From NCBI GenBank assembly GCA_029572955.1, contig JAKPQE010000150.1:48614-112613 (forward strand): a DNA stretch of 64,000 bases, in the 5' to 3' direction. Of the stretch, positions 21,817 to 30,703 are shown in pieces; position 1 is the first letter of the stretch; each line of letters begins with the position of its first letter. Origin of the DNA: Pseudomonadota bacterium. Its GTDB lineage: Bacteria > Pseudomonadota > Alphaproteobacteria > Rhizobiales > JAKPQE01. The notes beneath the pieces were generated by a model that was not told where the DNA came from, made no database searches, and saw only the letters and a list, made by a program, of their open reading frames with translations. Both the position numbers and the translations under genes were made by a program.

Positions 21817-22482
21817 CTATTCGATGATCGCCTTGGAGTGCGGCACGAATGCGATGGACGGGTTGGTCAGCTGCCAGTCAGCCATGTTGCGCACCCGGCG
21901 CACGACCTTGTCGTTCGGACCGATCGCCTTGGTCTCGTAAGATCCCTCGCGGATCTTCTCGATCGGGCCGACGTCGAGAACGCGCATCATGCAGGCCATC
22001 ACGCAATAGGGCTTGCGGCCGGCTTCGAGCTCGTCGATGCACATGTTGCACTTCACGACGGTCTTGGTTTCCGGGTTGTACTGCGGGGCACCGAACGGGC
22101 AGGACGCCTCGCAACGCCGACACCCGATGCACAGCGTCGAGTCGATGTCGACGACACCGTTGTCGGCGCGCTTGAAGATCGCCCCGGTCGGGCAGGTCGG
22201 CAAACACGCGGGTTCCGCGCAGTGATTGCACGACATGTTGACCTTGTAGGCGAACACCTCCGGGAAGCTGCCACCCTCGACATACTGGACCCGACGGAAA
22301 CGCGGTCCGGGTGGCAGGCCGTTCTTGTCCTTGCAGGCGATTTCACAGGCACGGCAGCCAATGCAATCGACGTTGTTGTGTACGAAGCCCCACTGCTCGT
22401 CAGGCACCACCGGCGTATAGGTGACGCGCTTGCGAGCCTTCACGGCTTCCTTGACCTTTGCCTTGTCCAATTCAGCGGCCAT
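21817..22482 (-). CDS. DmsB-like four-cluster [4Fe-4S] subunit
   Basis: CIGCRACEIAC, CNHCAEPACLPTCP, CIGCRRCEASCP, KCNMC...CVMAC; no signal peptide. Confidence 0.92.
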   Translation of the reverse strand: MAAELDKAKVKEAVKARKRVTYTPVVPDEQWGFVHNNVDCIGCRACEIACKDKNGLPPGPRFRRVQYVEGGSFPEVFAYKVNMSCNHCAEPACLPTCPTGAIFKRADNGVVDIDSTLCIGCRRCEASCPFGAPQYNPETKTVVKCNMCIDELEAGRKPYCVMACMMRVLDVGPIEKIREGSYETKAIGPNDKVVRRVRNMADWQLTNPSIAFVPHSKAIIE

Positions 22483-22506
22483 GGTCGTCGCTCCCTTCTC
22501 GCGCCG

Positions 22507-25068
22507 TCACATATCCCGCCTGAAGACATGGCTGCGCGCGGTGGCGAGCTTGTCCCAGACAGGGCGGTGATCGAGGTCGGATTTCTTGATATTCGCAAGC
22601 ACGGTGTTGTAGGCGAACGCGCCGGCCGGGCTCGGATTGTCCAGCGTGAGGAAATCCGGGTTGCCGGAACGGTCGACACCGTTCTCGTCGAGGTCCATCC
22701 AGGCGCCTTCATGAAGCACCAGGACGCCGGGCATGCAGCGCTCGGTGACATAGGCCGGAACCACCACCTTGCCGCGGTCGTTCCAGATCTCGCACATGTC
22801 GCCGGTCTTGATGCCGAGCTTCTTGGCGTCGGAGGCGTTGACGGTCACTTCCTGCTCGTACGTCTCGCGCAGCCACGGGATGTTGTTGAAGATCGAGTGG
22901 GTGCGCCAGCGCGGATGCGGGCTGATCATGTGGAACGGATGGTCCTTGGTCTTCGGGCTGTTCAGCGATTCCCAAGGCTCGATCCACTTCGGGATGTACG
23001 GGATCTCGTAACCGTACTGCGTCTTCGTCCAGTCGGTGATGTTGGCGAGCTGGCCCGACAGGATCTCGATCTTGCCGGAGGCCGTCTGGAACGGAACCCC
23101 CTTCTCGATCTGGTCGCGGAAGGCGACGTGCGGCTGCTCCTGCTTGAACTTGTAGACGCCGAGGTTCTTGAACTCCTCCCAGGTGACGTCGACGTGGCTG
23201 TGATGGGACATCTTATCCCACCAGGCAACGAGATAGGCTTCGTCGACCGGGTCGTTGTTCAAGAAGTACTCCCGCGTGGCGCGCGGATTGTACTGCGGGC
23301 CGAAGCCGAGACGGTAGGCGAGCTCGGTGAAGATCTGGAAGTCGGTCTTCGACTCGCCCATCGGCTCGATGACCTTCGGCCGGTGGATGTAGTAGTGGCC
23401 CTTGTACCAGGGCAGCGCCACGTCGTGCCGCTCGAAGTGAGTGGCCACCGGAAGCAGGTAATCGGCCCAGATACCGGTCGGCGTGATGGTGGAGTCCATG
23501 CACACCAGCAGGCTCTCGCTGTCCCCCTGGGACTCGAGCTTGCGGATGGCCTCGATCTCCTTGTTGATGTTGGTGAGCTGGTTGAACCAGTCCGATCCCT
23601 GCCAGAAGATGCCGCGAATGTTCGGCACGACGCCGTCGAGCTGGTCGTTGCGCGGCCACAGGCCGACTTCCTCGCGCTTCACGTTCGGATAGTTGAGCAC
23701 GATGTGGGCCCAGCGATCCGACTTGATCGAAGCGAACCAGACATTGGCGAACTGGTCGTAAGGATAGGCGACGGCCTCGGAATGCCAGCCCTTGCCGACG
23801 CCTTCGGCGCAGCCGCCGAGGATGCCGATATTGCCGGTGATGGACTGCAGGCCGGCGGCCATGCGGTTGTACTGCTCGCCATAGGCGTTGCGGCCCGGAG
23901 ACCAGGACGCCTTCAGCGCCGCAGGCTTCGTCGTCGCATACATATGGGCGAGCTTCTTGATGTCGTCGGCCTTGACGCCACAGATCTTCTCGGCCCATTC
24001 GGGGGTCTTCGGCGTGTCGTCGTACTTGCCGAGGATGTAGTCCTTCCAGTTCTCCTTGCCCTTTGCCCAGTCGGGCATGGTGCCTTCGTCGACGCCCTGC
24101 GTGAACTTGTCGATGAAGTCCTGGTCGTGGAGATTGTTGGTGAAGATGTAGTGGGCCATGCCGGCCATCATGGCGGCATCGGTGTTCGGCCGGATCGGGA
24201 TCCACCAGGCATCATAGGCGGAGGCCGAGTCCGTGTACTGCGGGTCGATCAGCACGAACTTGCAGCCGCGCTGCTTGGCGAGCCGCATGTAGTAGAACGT
24301 GTTGCCGCCGTGGAACGTGTAGGCCGGGTTCCAGCCCCACATGATGATCAGCTTGGAATGGGCGAACGCGTCGTCCTCGTTGCCGTCTTCGATGGTGCCG
24401 AAGGTCATGCGCGAGGAGAAGGTCGTGCCCTGATAGGACGGCACCGACCAGGACGAGGTGCGGCAGCCGAACATGCCGAGGAAGCGGCCGAGAAGGCCCT
24501 CGATCTGGTCGGACTTGTGCAGCACGCCGTATGACGCGCCGGCGTAGGACTGGTCGACCAGCGCCTGCGGACCGTACTTGGTCTTCAGGTAGACCATGCG
24601 CTCGGAGATCTCGGTGAGCGCCTGCTCCCACGAGATACGCTTGAACTTCGACTCGCCGCGCCGGCCGACCCGCTTCATCGGATAGAGCAGACGTTCGGGC
24701 GAATAGAGGCGCGAGCGATAGGACCGGCCGCGCAGACAGGCGCGCAGCTGGGGCTCTTCCTCGGTATCCTTGCCGAACTCGCCATCCTTCTGATAGCGGC
24801 CGTCGTCGGTCGAAAGGCGAACGATCACGTCACCCTTCTTGTGGGCGACCAGCATGTGGCGCGAACCGCAATTGTGGGCGCAGCTCGTCGGTACGGTGAC
24901 GAGATCGTCGTCGCGAGGGTAAGGCTCGTAGGCGAAGGCTTCGGCCTTTTCCTCGAAGCCCGGCATCGGCACGAGGCCGGCGGCGGCACCCGCCGCGCTC
25001 GCCTTCAGGAAGCTGCGCCGATCGAGAGTGACGGCGCTTCTCACCCGGTTTTGAAGGTCCTGTTTCAC
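22507..25068 (-). CDS. Tat-exported DMSO-reductase-family bis-MGD molybdoenzyme catalytic subunit (DmsA-like, substrate unknown)
   Basis: DRRSFLK Tat motif, CAHNCGSRH, RACLRGRS, RLLYPMKRVG, WIPIRPNTDAA, HPRWRTHS; GGAG RBS before GTG. Confidence 0.93.
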   Translation of the reverse strand: MKQDLQNRVRSAVTLDRRSFLKASAAGAAAGLVPMPGFEEKAEAFAYEPYPRDDDLVTVPTSCAHNCGSRHMLVAHKKGDVIVRLSTDDGRYQKDGEFGKDTEEEPQLRACLRGRSYRSRLYSPERLLYPMKRVGRRGESKFKRISWEQALTEISERMVYLKTKYGPQALVDQSYAGASYGVLHKSDQIEGLLGRFLGMFGCRTSSWSVPSYQGTTFSSRMTFGTIEDGNEDDAFAHSKLIIMWGWNPAYTFHGGNTFYYMRLAKQRGCKFVLIDPQYTDSASAYDAWWIPIRPNTDAAMMAGMAHYIFTNNLHDQDFIDKFTQGVDEGTMPDWAKGKENWKDYILGKYDDTPKTPEWAEKICGVKADDIKKLAHMYATTKPAALKASWSPGRNAYGEQYNRMAAGLQSITGNIGILGGCAEGVGKGWHSEAVAYPYDQFANVWFASIKSDRWAHIVLNYPNVKREEVGLWPRNDQLDGVVPNIRGIFWQGSDWFNQLTNINKEIEAIRKLESQGDSESLLVCMDSTITPTGIWADYLLPVATHFERHDVALPWYKGHYYIHRPKVIEPMGESKTDFQIFTELAYRLGFGPQYNPRATREYFLNNDPVDEAYLVAWWDKMSHHSHVDVTWEEFKNLGVYKFKQEQPHVAFRDQIEKGVPFQTASGKIEILSGQLANITDWTKTQYGYEIPYIPKWIEPWESLNSPKTKDHPFHMISPHPRWRTHSIFNNIPWLRETYEQEVTVNASDAKKLGIKTGDMCEIWNDRGKVVVPAYVTERCMPGVLVLHEGAWMDLDENGVDRSGNPDFLTLDNPSPAGAFAYNTVLANIKKSDLDHRPVWDKLATARSHVFRRDM

Positions 25069-25091
25069 GGCTTCTCTCCTTTATCCGACGC

Positions 25092-26036
25092 TTACTTTTT
25101 CAGCTGATAGCGCGGATCGGATTCGGTCGGGCGATCCTTGGCCCAGTCAGGCACGTCCGTGTCCATGCCTTCCCAGGCATGACGCGGATACGGATAGGAA
25201 ATGCGGTACCACTGGCGGCCGCCATGGCAGCCGTAGCAGACGTCGGAGCTCGACTTGCCCGCTTCCTCGATGGCTTCGGCGTTCAGGTAGCTGACCTGAT
25301 GGCGCACGGTGCGGAAGAGTTCGCCATGGCAGCTGAGGCAGCCATTGGGTTCCTCCGGGCTCTCGAGGTCGGCGCGGAACTCCGGCCAGGGCGCCGTTCC
25401 CATGATCTCGTAGGGATAGGAGCCGTGGCAGCGCAGGCAGGTCTCCGAAGGATTGACCATCTTGCGCAGCGTGAAAGGCTCGCTGCCGTTGTTCGAGGTC
25501 ATGTCCGCGGCGGCGACCGTCACATGCGGGCTTTCCTCGCGCGGGTCATTGCCCTGGTGGCAGAAATTGCACTGCAGGTTCATGACCTGCTTGGCGTAGT
25601 CCGAGGTCAGGTGGCGCTGGTGGAAGGTCATCTGCTCACCGGCGTAGGTATCGAGCGTCTGATACCAGGCGAGCGACTTCTCGGCCTCGACGCCGGCCTG
25701 CGACTTCGGCAGGACGTTGTCGGAAAGCACCTCCTGGTGGCACTTCAGGCAGTCCTCGTTGGACGCCTTGTCGATCGCCGGCTTGAAATGGATCGGATCC
25801 CAGCGGTCCCGATCGTAGCTGGCGGGCTTGGCGGCCGCGTCGGTCTTGGCCGGCGTGGCGGTCTTCTTGTCCGCGGCAGCAACGACGATCGCGCCGTCGG
25901 CCGCCACAGTCGATGACGCGCCACGGTCGGTCGGCACGTCGGAGACGAATTGCTGGCTGGCGGCATAGGCGCCCGCGGAGAGCGCCACAACGCCGCAAAA
26001 AGTCAGCAACGACTTGAGTTTCCTGTTCGATTTCAT
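25092..26036 (-). CDS. Periplasmic pentaheme c-type cytochrome
   Basis: Sec signal ending AYA; CLKCH, CNFCH, CLRCH, CLSCH, CYGCH. Confidence 0.88.
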   Translation of the reverse strand: MKSNRKLKSLLTFCGVVALSAGAYAASQQFVSDVPTDRGASSTVAADGAIVVAAADKKTATPAKTDAAAKPASYDRDRWDPIHFKPAIDKASNEDCLKCHQEVLSDNVLPKSQAGVEAEKSLAWYQTLDTYAGEQMTFHQRHLTSDYAKQVMNLQCNFCHQGNDPREESPHVTVAAADMTSNNGSEPFTLRKMVNPSETCLRCHGSYPYEIMGTAPWPEFRADLESPEEPNGCLSCHGELFRTVRHQVSYLNAEAIEEAGKSSSDVCYGCHGGRQWYRISYPYPRHAWEGMDTDVPDWAKDRPTESDPRYQLKK

Positions 26037-26141
26037 GGCCCCGGGCCTTTTCGCGCTTTGCCGCAGATGCAGTCCGCAACCCGGGGCCGACCGGCTGGCG
26101 GCCGGCCCCGAAATGCATTTTTTTCGTCACTTGGCGAGGGC

Positions 26142-27197
26142 TCAGTTGCCCGTCTGGTAGGTCCACTGGGTGCAGGACCAGTTGCCCGCACCGGACATGC
26201 CGCCCATGCCCGACATACCGGACATGCCACCCATGCCGGACATGCCACCCATGCCGGACATGCCACCCATACCGGACATGCCGCTCATGCCACCCATACC
26301 GGACATGCCGCTCATGCCACCCATGCCGGACATGCCGCTCATGCCGCCCATACCGGACATACCGCCCATACCGGACATGCCACCCATGCCGGACATACCG
26401 GACATGCCGCCCATGCCGCCCATGCCGGACATGCCGCCCATGCCGCCCATGCCGGACATGCCGCTCATGCCACCCATGCCCGACATACCGCTCATGCCGC
26501 CCATGCCGGACATACCGCCCATGCCGCTCATACCGGACATGCCGCCCATGCCGGACATGCCGCTCATGCCACCCATACCGGACATACCGCTCATGCCGGA
26601 CATACCGCCCATGCCGCTCATACCGGACATGCCGCCCATGCCCGACATACCGGACATGCCGCTCATGCCGCCCATATCGTTGCGGGCGCTCCACTGAGTG
26701 CAGACCCAGCCGGGGCCGGTGCCGCCCATGCCCGACATACCGGACATGCCGCCCATGCCGCCCATACCGGACATGCCGCTCATGCCGCCCATACCGGACA
26801 TGCCGCTCATGCCGCCCATACCGGACATGCCGCTCATGCCGGACATGCCGCCCATACCGGACATGCCGCTCATGCCGCCCATACCGGACATGCCACCCAT
26901 GCCCGACATACCGGACATGCCGCCCATGCCCGACATACCGCCCATGCCGCTCATGCCGGACATGCCGCTCATGCCACCCATACCGGACATGCCGCCCATG
27001 CCGGACATACCAGACATGCCACCCATGCCGGACATACCGCCCATGCCGGACATGCCGCTCATGCCGGACATTCCGCCCATGCCGCCCATACCGGACATGC
27101 CATCCATGCCGGACATGCCGCTCTGCGCGATCGCGGGCAGCGCCAGCGCACTGCCGAACACCATCGCGAGGGCTGCCTTAGAGATGTGCTTCAACAT
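26142..27197 (-). CDS. Secreted methionine-rich tandem-repeat protein (G-M-S/G)n with two WxCTQW motifs
   Basis: RBS AAGGGAGA, signal peptide MLKHISKAALAMVFGSALALPAIA, synonymous third-position variation in this frame, co-oriented with cluster. Confidence 0.85.
   Translation of the reverse strand: MLKHISKAALAMVFGSALALPAIAQSGMSGMDGMSGMGGMGGMSGMSGMSGMGGMSGMGGMSGMSGMGGMSGMGGMSGMSGMSGMGGMSGMGGMSGMSGMGGMSGMGGMSGMSGMGGMSGMSGMSGMGGMSGMSGMGGMSGMSGMGGMGGMSGMSGMGGTGPGWVCTQWSARNDMGGMSGMSGMSGMGGMSGMSGMGGMSGMSGMSGMGGMSGMSGMGGMSGMSGMGGMSGMGGMSGMSGMGGMSGMSGMGGMGGMSGMGGMGGMSGMSGMGGMSGMGGMSGMGGMSGMSGMGGMSGMSGMGGMSGMSGMGGMSGMGGMSGMGGMSGMSGMGGMSGAGNWSCTQWTYQTGN
26196..27116 (-). repeat. 9-bp coding tandem repeat in two blocks (44 and 54 Met codons)
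   Basis: CAT every 9 nt over 26727-27116 and 26196-26675. Confidence 0.95.
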
Positions 27198-27245
27198 TTC
27201 CATTTCTCCCTTGATCCTTGCCTGCATTTCCATCCTGTCCGGTGG

Positions 27246-27262
27246 AGCCGTCGACGCGCCAA
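27246..27262 (-). promoter_or_regulatory. Possible sigma-54 -24/-12 promoter for the Met-rich gene
   Basis: Minus strand TTGGCGCGTCGACGGCT: GG-N10-GC spacing, weak -12 element. Confidence 0.4.
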
Positions 27263-27373
27263 AACTCGGCCGGGCTCCGACCCGGAGGCACTCACGCCAC
27301 CGATCTTAGCGTCGGTGCGGCGCAATCGAACGACACTGCGATACCTGCTCGGACAGCGGCGAGGCCGCCTCGG

Positions 27374-27688
27374 TCACGAACCGTTGCCGAACCAGCCGCG
27401 GATGTCGTAGGGACCGGGCATGCCGGGGCGCGTGAACGGCGTGTACCAATCACCCTGGCGATCGAGGAAATTCAGCGACGGCGGATAGGGCGGTTCGACG
27501 CCCGTCAGCGCGTGCTGATACCAAGCCTGGTCATGTTTGACTTCGGTGATCGCCGGCGCGCCTGCGGGCCGTTGATCGGGTGCCGTTCCGGCAATGAATT
27601 CTTCCTCGGCGCTCCATGCCGGCAATGCACCAACGCACGCCGCACCGAGTATCGCCGCAATGACTGCAAGCTTCGTGGCCGATCTCAT
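27374..27688 (-). CDS. Small exported Pro/Trp/Tyr-rich hypothetical protein, first gene of cluster
   Basis: RBS GAGGGGG, signal peptide ending AWSA, IAGTAPDQRP...PFTRPGMPGPYDIRGW. Confidence 0.75.
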   Translation of the reverse strand: MRSATKLAVIAAILGAACVGALPAWSAEEEFIAGTAPDQRPAGAPAITEVKHDQAWYQHALTGVEPPYPPSLNFLDRQGDWYTPFTRPGMPGPYDIRGWFGNGS

Positions 27689-27817
27689 TTTGACCCCCTC
27701 GCCGTCGAATAGCTTCGACCGTCGAGTTCCTGCCGCCATCCGCCCCGCGGCTGAACCTTCGCGATCCGCAGGCTCAGTCGACCGCGAAACCCCGCAGGAC
27801 TCAAGACATTTCACGCT

Positions 27818-27928
27818 CTGCCAAACTGACATGGCCGGGGCTGGACCTCAGCATTCCAGCCATACCCGGCAAGGCGAAACGACTCCTGACAAACTGGCAT
27901 AAATTGCGATTTGTCGCGATCTGAGACG
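27818..27928. promoter_or_regulatory. Candidate activator binding sites upstream of molybdoenzyme cluster
   Basis: CTGCCAAACTGACAT (27818-27832), CTGACAAACTGGCAT (27886-27900), imperfect dyad TGTCGCGATCTGAGACG (27912-27928). Confidence 0.5.
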
Positions 27929-28034
27929 TTCTGCCGCACCTTTCGGAAGGGGTTTTCGGCGGGCAAAAACAGCTCCGGGGTCTCGCGGCAATGGCCGCAA
28001 AACCCCGGAAAACCTTCCATCTCGGGGAGACGTG

Positions 28035-30578
28035 CTACTCGCTCAGAGCCTTCTTCACGGCCTCGGCGAGCTGTTTCAGCGAGAACGGCTTGGGCAGGAA
28101 CGAGAAGGTCTCGTTCTCGCCGAGATTCTTGGCGAAGGCGTCCTCGGCATAGCCGGACACGAAGATGATCTTGAGGTCCGGGCTCTGCTTGCGCAGCTCC
28201 TTCAGCAGCGTCGGACCGTCCATCTCGGGCATGACCACGTCGGACACGACGAGATCGATCTTGCCCTCGGTTTCCGCCATCACCTCGAGCGCTTCGGCGC
28301 CGGTCGATGCCTCGTGCACGGTATAGCCGCGCGAGGCGAGCGCCCGGGCGCTGAAGGCGCGCACCTGCTCCTCGTCCTCGACGAGGAGGATGGTCGCCGA
28401 GCCGGTGAGATCGGCCGGTGTCGCCTCGGCCTTGGCCTTCTCGGCGGCCTGCTCGGCCGGGTCCGGGATATGCCGTGGCAGGAAGATGCGGAAGGTGGTG
28501 CCTTCGCCGAGGGTGCTGTCGGGATAGATGAAGCCGCCGGTCTGCTTGACGATGCCGTAGACGGTGGAAAGGCCGAGGCCGGTTCCCTTGCCGACGTCCT
28601 TGGTCGAGAAGAACGGCTCGAAGATCTTCTCCATCACCTCGGGCGTCATGCCGGTGCCGGTATCGGCGACCTCGATGAGGACGTAGTCGGCCGCCGGCAT
28701 GCCCTTGAGGCCGAGGCCGGCGGTCTCCTCCGCGGTCATGTTGGCGGTGCGCACCGTGAGCTTGCCACCGGTCGGCATGGCGTCGCGGGCGTTGACCGCG
28801 AGGTTCATCACCACCTGCTCGAGCTGGTTGACGTCGGCCTTGACCGGCCACAGGTCGCGGCCATGGACGACATCGAGGCTGACCTTCTCGCCGAGCAGGC
28901 GATTGAGCAGCACCGACAGGTCCGAGAGCACGTCGCCGAGGGCCAGCACCTGCGGGCGCAGGGTCTGGCGACGCGAGAACGCCAGCAGCTGGCGCACGAG
29001 GCCGGCCGCCCGGTTGGCGTTCTGCTTGATGTTCATGATGTCCTGGAAGGACGGATCGCTCGGCCGGTGGTTGGCGAGCAGCAGGTCGGAGAAGCCGATG
29101 ATGGCGGTCAGCACGTTGTTGAAGTCGTGCGCCACGCCGCCGGCGAGCTGGCCGATCGCCTGCATCTTCTGGCTCTGGGCGAACTGCAGCTCGAGGGCGC
29201 GCTGCTCGGTCGTCTCGATGGCGTAGACGATCGCCGTCTCGCCGTCCTCCTCGCCGTCCTCGACGCCGGAGACGAAGAAGCGGGCGCTGCGCTCGCGGTC
29301 GCCGGCGAGCGAGGCATCGACCGGCGGCACCTCGCCCTGCCCCTCGGCCGCCGCCGAGATCGCGGCGGCGAGCGCGGCCCGGTCGCGGTCGGCGACGATG
29401 TCGAGAAGCGTTGCGTTCTCGCGATCGACGAGGCTGCCGAAGAGGCGGCGGAACGGCGCATTGGTGCGGCCGATGGCGGCATTCTGGCCGACGCCGGCGA
29501 TGGCGATCGGCGTGTTGTTGAAGAAGCGGGCGAATCGCACCTCGGCGGCGCGCAGCGCTTCCGAGACGTCCTCGCCGGGCGAGCGGTTCAGCACCAGCGT
29601 GCGCGAGGCGCCGGCGCGCCCGTCGGCGGCCATCGGCACGCGATGCAGCAGGCGCACCGGGAAGCGCTGGCCGTTGCGTTTGACGAAATCGATGTCGATG
29701 AGCTCGGTGCGGGCATCGCGGGAACCCGGAATGCCGGCGAGCAGCGCCGCGCCGTCGCCGCTGACGATGTCGGCAAGGCGGATCGCGCCGCGGGCGAAGC
29801 GGGCGAGATCGTAGCCGAGCCAGTCGGCAAGGGTCGCGTTGAGATAGACGATGCGACCGGACGGGTCGGCCGACAGGTAGCCGGCCGGCGCGTGGTCGAG
29901 ATAGTCGATCGCGTTCTGCAGCTCGAGGAAGAAATTCTCCTGCCGGGCGCGGTCGCGGGTGATGTCGGCGACCTGCCAGGAGGTGAGCGCGTGGCGTTCG
30001 TCGCCGAGCGCCGTCGGGCGCATCGCCACGCGATACCAGCGCCCGCCCTCCTCCGCCTCGCCGGCGTCGCGGCCGGAGAGCGGTACCGACAGGCGCACCT
30101 CCTCCTCGGCGGCACGGCCGTCGCGGGCCGCCTGCAGGAGGCGGTAGACGACATCGGCGGCGTCGGGATCGCGCGAGAAGACGCGCTCGACCGAGCGCAC
30201 GTCCTTGGCGCTGTCGGCGTCGATCATGTCGCCATAGGCGCGGTTGGCGTACATGATGCGGCCGTCGGCGTCGGTCATGACGACGCCTTCCGGCATCGAA
30301 TCGACATAGGCGCGGGTCAGGTCGTCGCGCAGCGGACGGCCGGCAAAGCGGATGAGACCGACGGTCATCGCCGCCAGCATGACGACGCCGATGACGGCGA
30401 GCAGCGACAAAAGGCCGAGCGCCCAGGGCTCGGCGGTGTCGCGCTCCATCACCGCGAACAGGACGCCGGCGCCGCCGAGCACGGCGGCGAGCAGCAGCAG
30501 CATGCCGACATTGCCCGATTTCACCGGCCGGTCGATGATCGGCCCGGTGCCATCGATCTGTCCTTCGCCCGTGGTCAT
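28035..30578 (-). CDS. cckA: Cell-cycle hybrid histidine kinase CckA
   Basis: TM pair, PAS domains, [22 protein letters not shown]-terminal receiver; downstream of flhB. Confidence 0.93.
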   Translation of the reverse strand: MTTGEGQIDGTGPIIDRPVKSGNVGMLLLLAAVLGGAGVLFAVMERDTAEPWALGLLSLLAVIGVVMLAAMTVGLIRFAGRPLRDDLTRAYVDSMPEGVVMTDADGRIMYANRAYGDMIDADSAKDVRSVERVFSRDPDAADVVYRLLQAARDGRAAEEEVRLSVPLSGRDAGEAEEGGRWYRVAMRPTALGDERHALTSWQVADITRDRARQENFFLELQNAIDYLDHAPAGYLSADPSGRIVYLNATLADWLGYDLARFARGAIRLADIVSGDGAALLAGIPGSRDARTELIDIDFVKRNGQRFPVRLLHRVPMAADGRAGASRTLVLNRSPGEDVSEALRAAEVRFARFFNNTPIAIAGVGQNAAIGRTNAPFRRLFGSLVDRENATLLDIVADRDRAALAAAISAAAEGQGEVPPVDASLAGDRERSARFFVSGVEDGEEDGETAIVYAIETTEQRALELQFAQSQKMQAIGQLAGGVAHDFNNVLTAIIGFSDLLLANHRPSDPSFQDIMNIKQNANRAAGLVRQLLAFSRRQTLRPQVLALGDVLSDLSVLLNRLLGEKVSLDVVHGRDLWPVKADVNQLEQVVMNLAVNARDAMPTGGKLTVRTANMTAEETAGLGLKGMPAADYVLIEVADTGTGMTPEVMEKIFEPFFSTKDVGKGTGLGLSTVYGIVKQTGGFIYPDSTLGEGTTFRIFLPRHIPDPAEQAAEKAKAEATPADLTGSATILLVEDEEQVRAFSARALASRGYTVHEASTGAEALEVMAETEGKIDLVVSDVVMPEMDGPTLLKELRKQSPDLKIIFVSGYAEDAFAKNLGENETFSFLPKPFSLKQLAEAVKKALSE

Positions 30579-30703
30579 TGCCCTGTTCGTCCCTCGTCCG
30601 CGGCGCTTCGGCCGCGTCGTCCCCACTCGACCGGCCGGCGCCGAGGATGGAGCGGGCGGCCCGAAAGATCAATGTCGCTCCCGCGTCCGCGGGGACACCA
30701 CCC

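Noticed and set aside
22507-25068. Perchlorate/chlorate/nitrate reductase or canonical dmsA/dorA name
   Set aside because: Predicted Ser ligand and DmsA-like motifs argue against the NarG/PcrA type; no cld in window; no dmsC and altered motifs make dmsA unsafe; DorA lacks the Fe-S motif
25092-26036. Cytochrome as DorC/TorC
   Set aside because: Five hemes, but no recognisable NapC-type anchored tetraheme domain
26145-26723. WxCTQW motifs as RiPP core peptides
   Set aside because: No radical SAM, P450, YcaO, peptidase or exporter nearby; protein has an ordinary Sec signal
26196-27116. Repeat tract as CRISPR array
   Set aside because: Contiguous 9-bp units without unique spacers; no cas genes
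25950-27410. His-rich (HAAHAG) and Pro/Met-rich (PDM/PPM) plus-strand ORFs and the RHG-repeat minus frame
   Set aside because: Shadows of the 9-bp repeat; only the G-M-S/G frame has an RBS, signal peptide and synonymous variation
27896-27908. TGGCATAAATTGC as sigma-54 promoter
   Set aside because: GG-to-GC spacing is 8 rather than 10, and it faces away from the cluster
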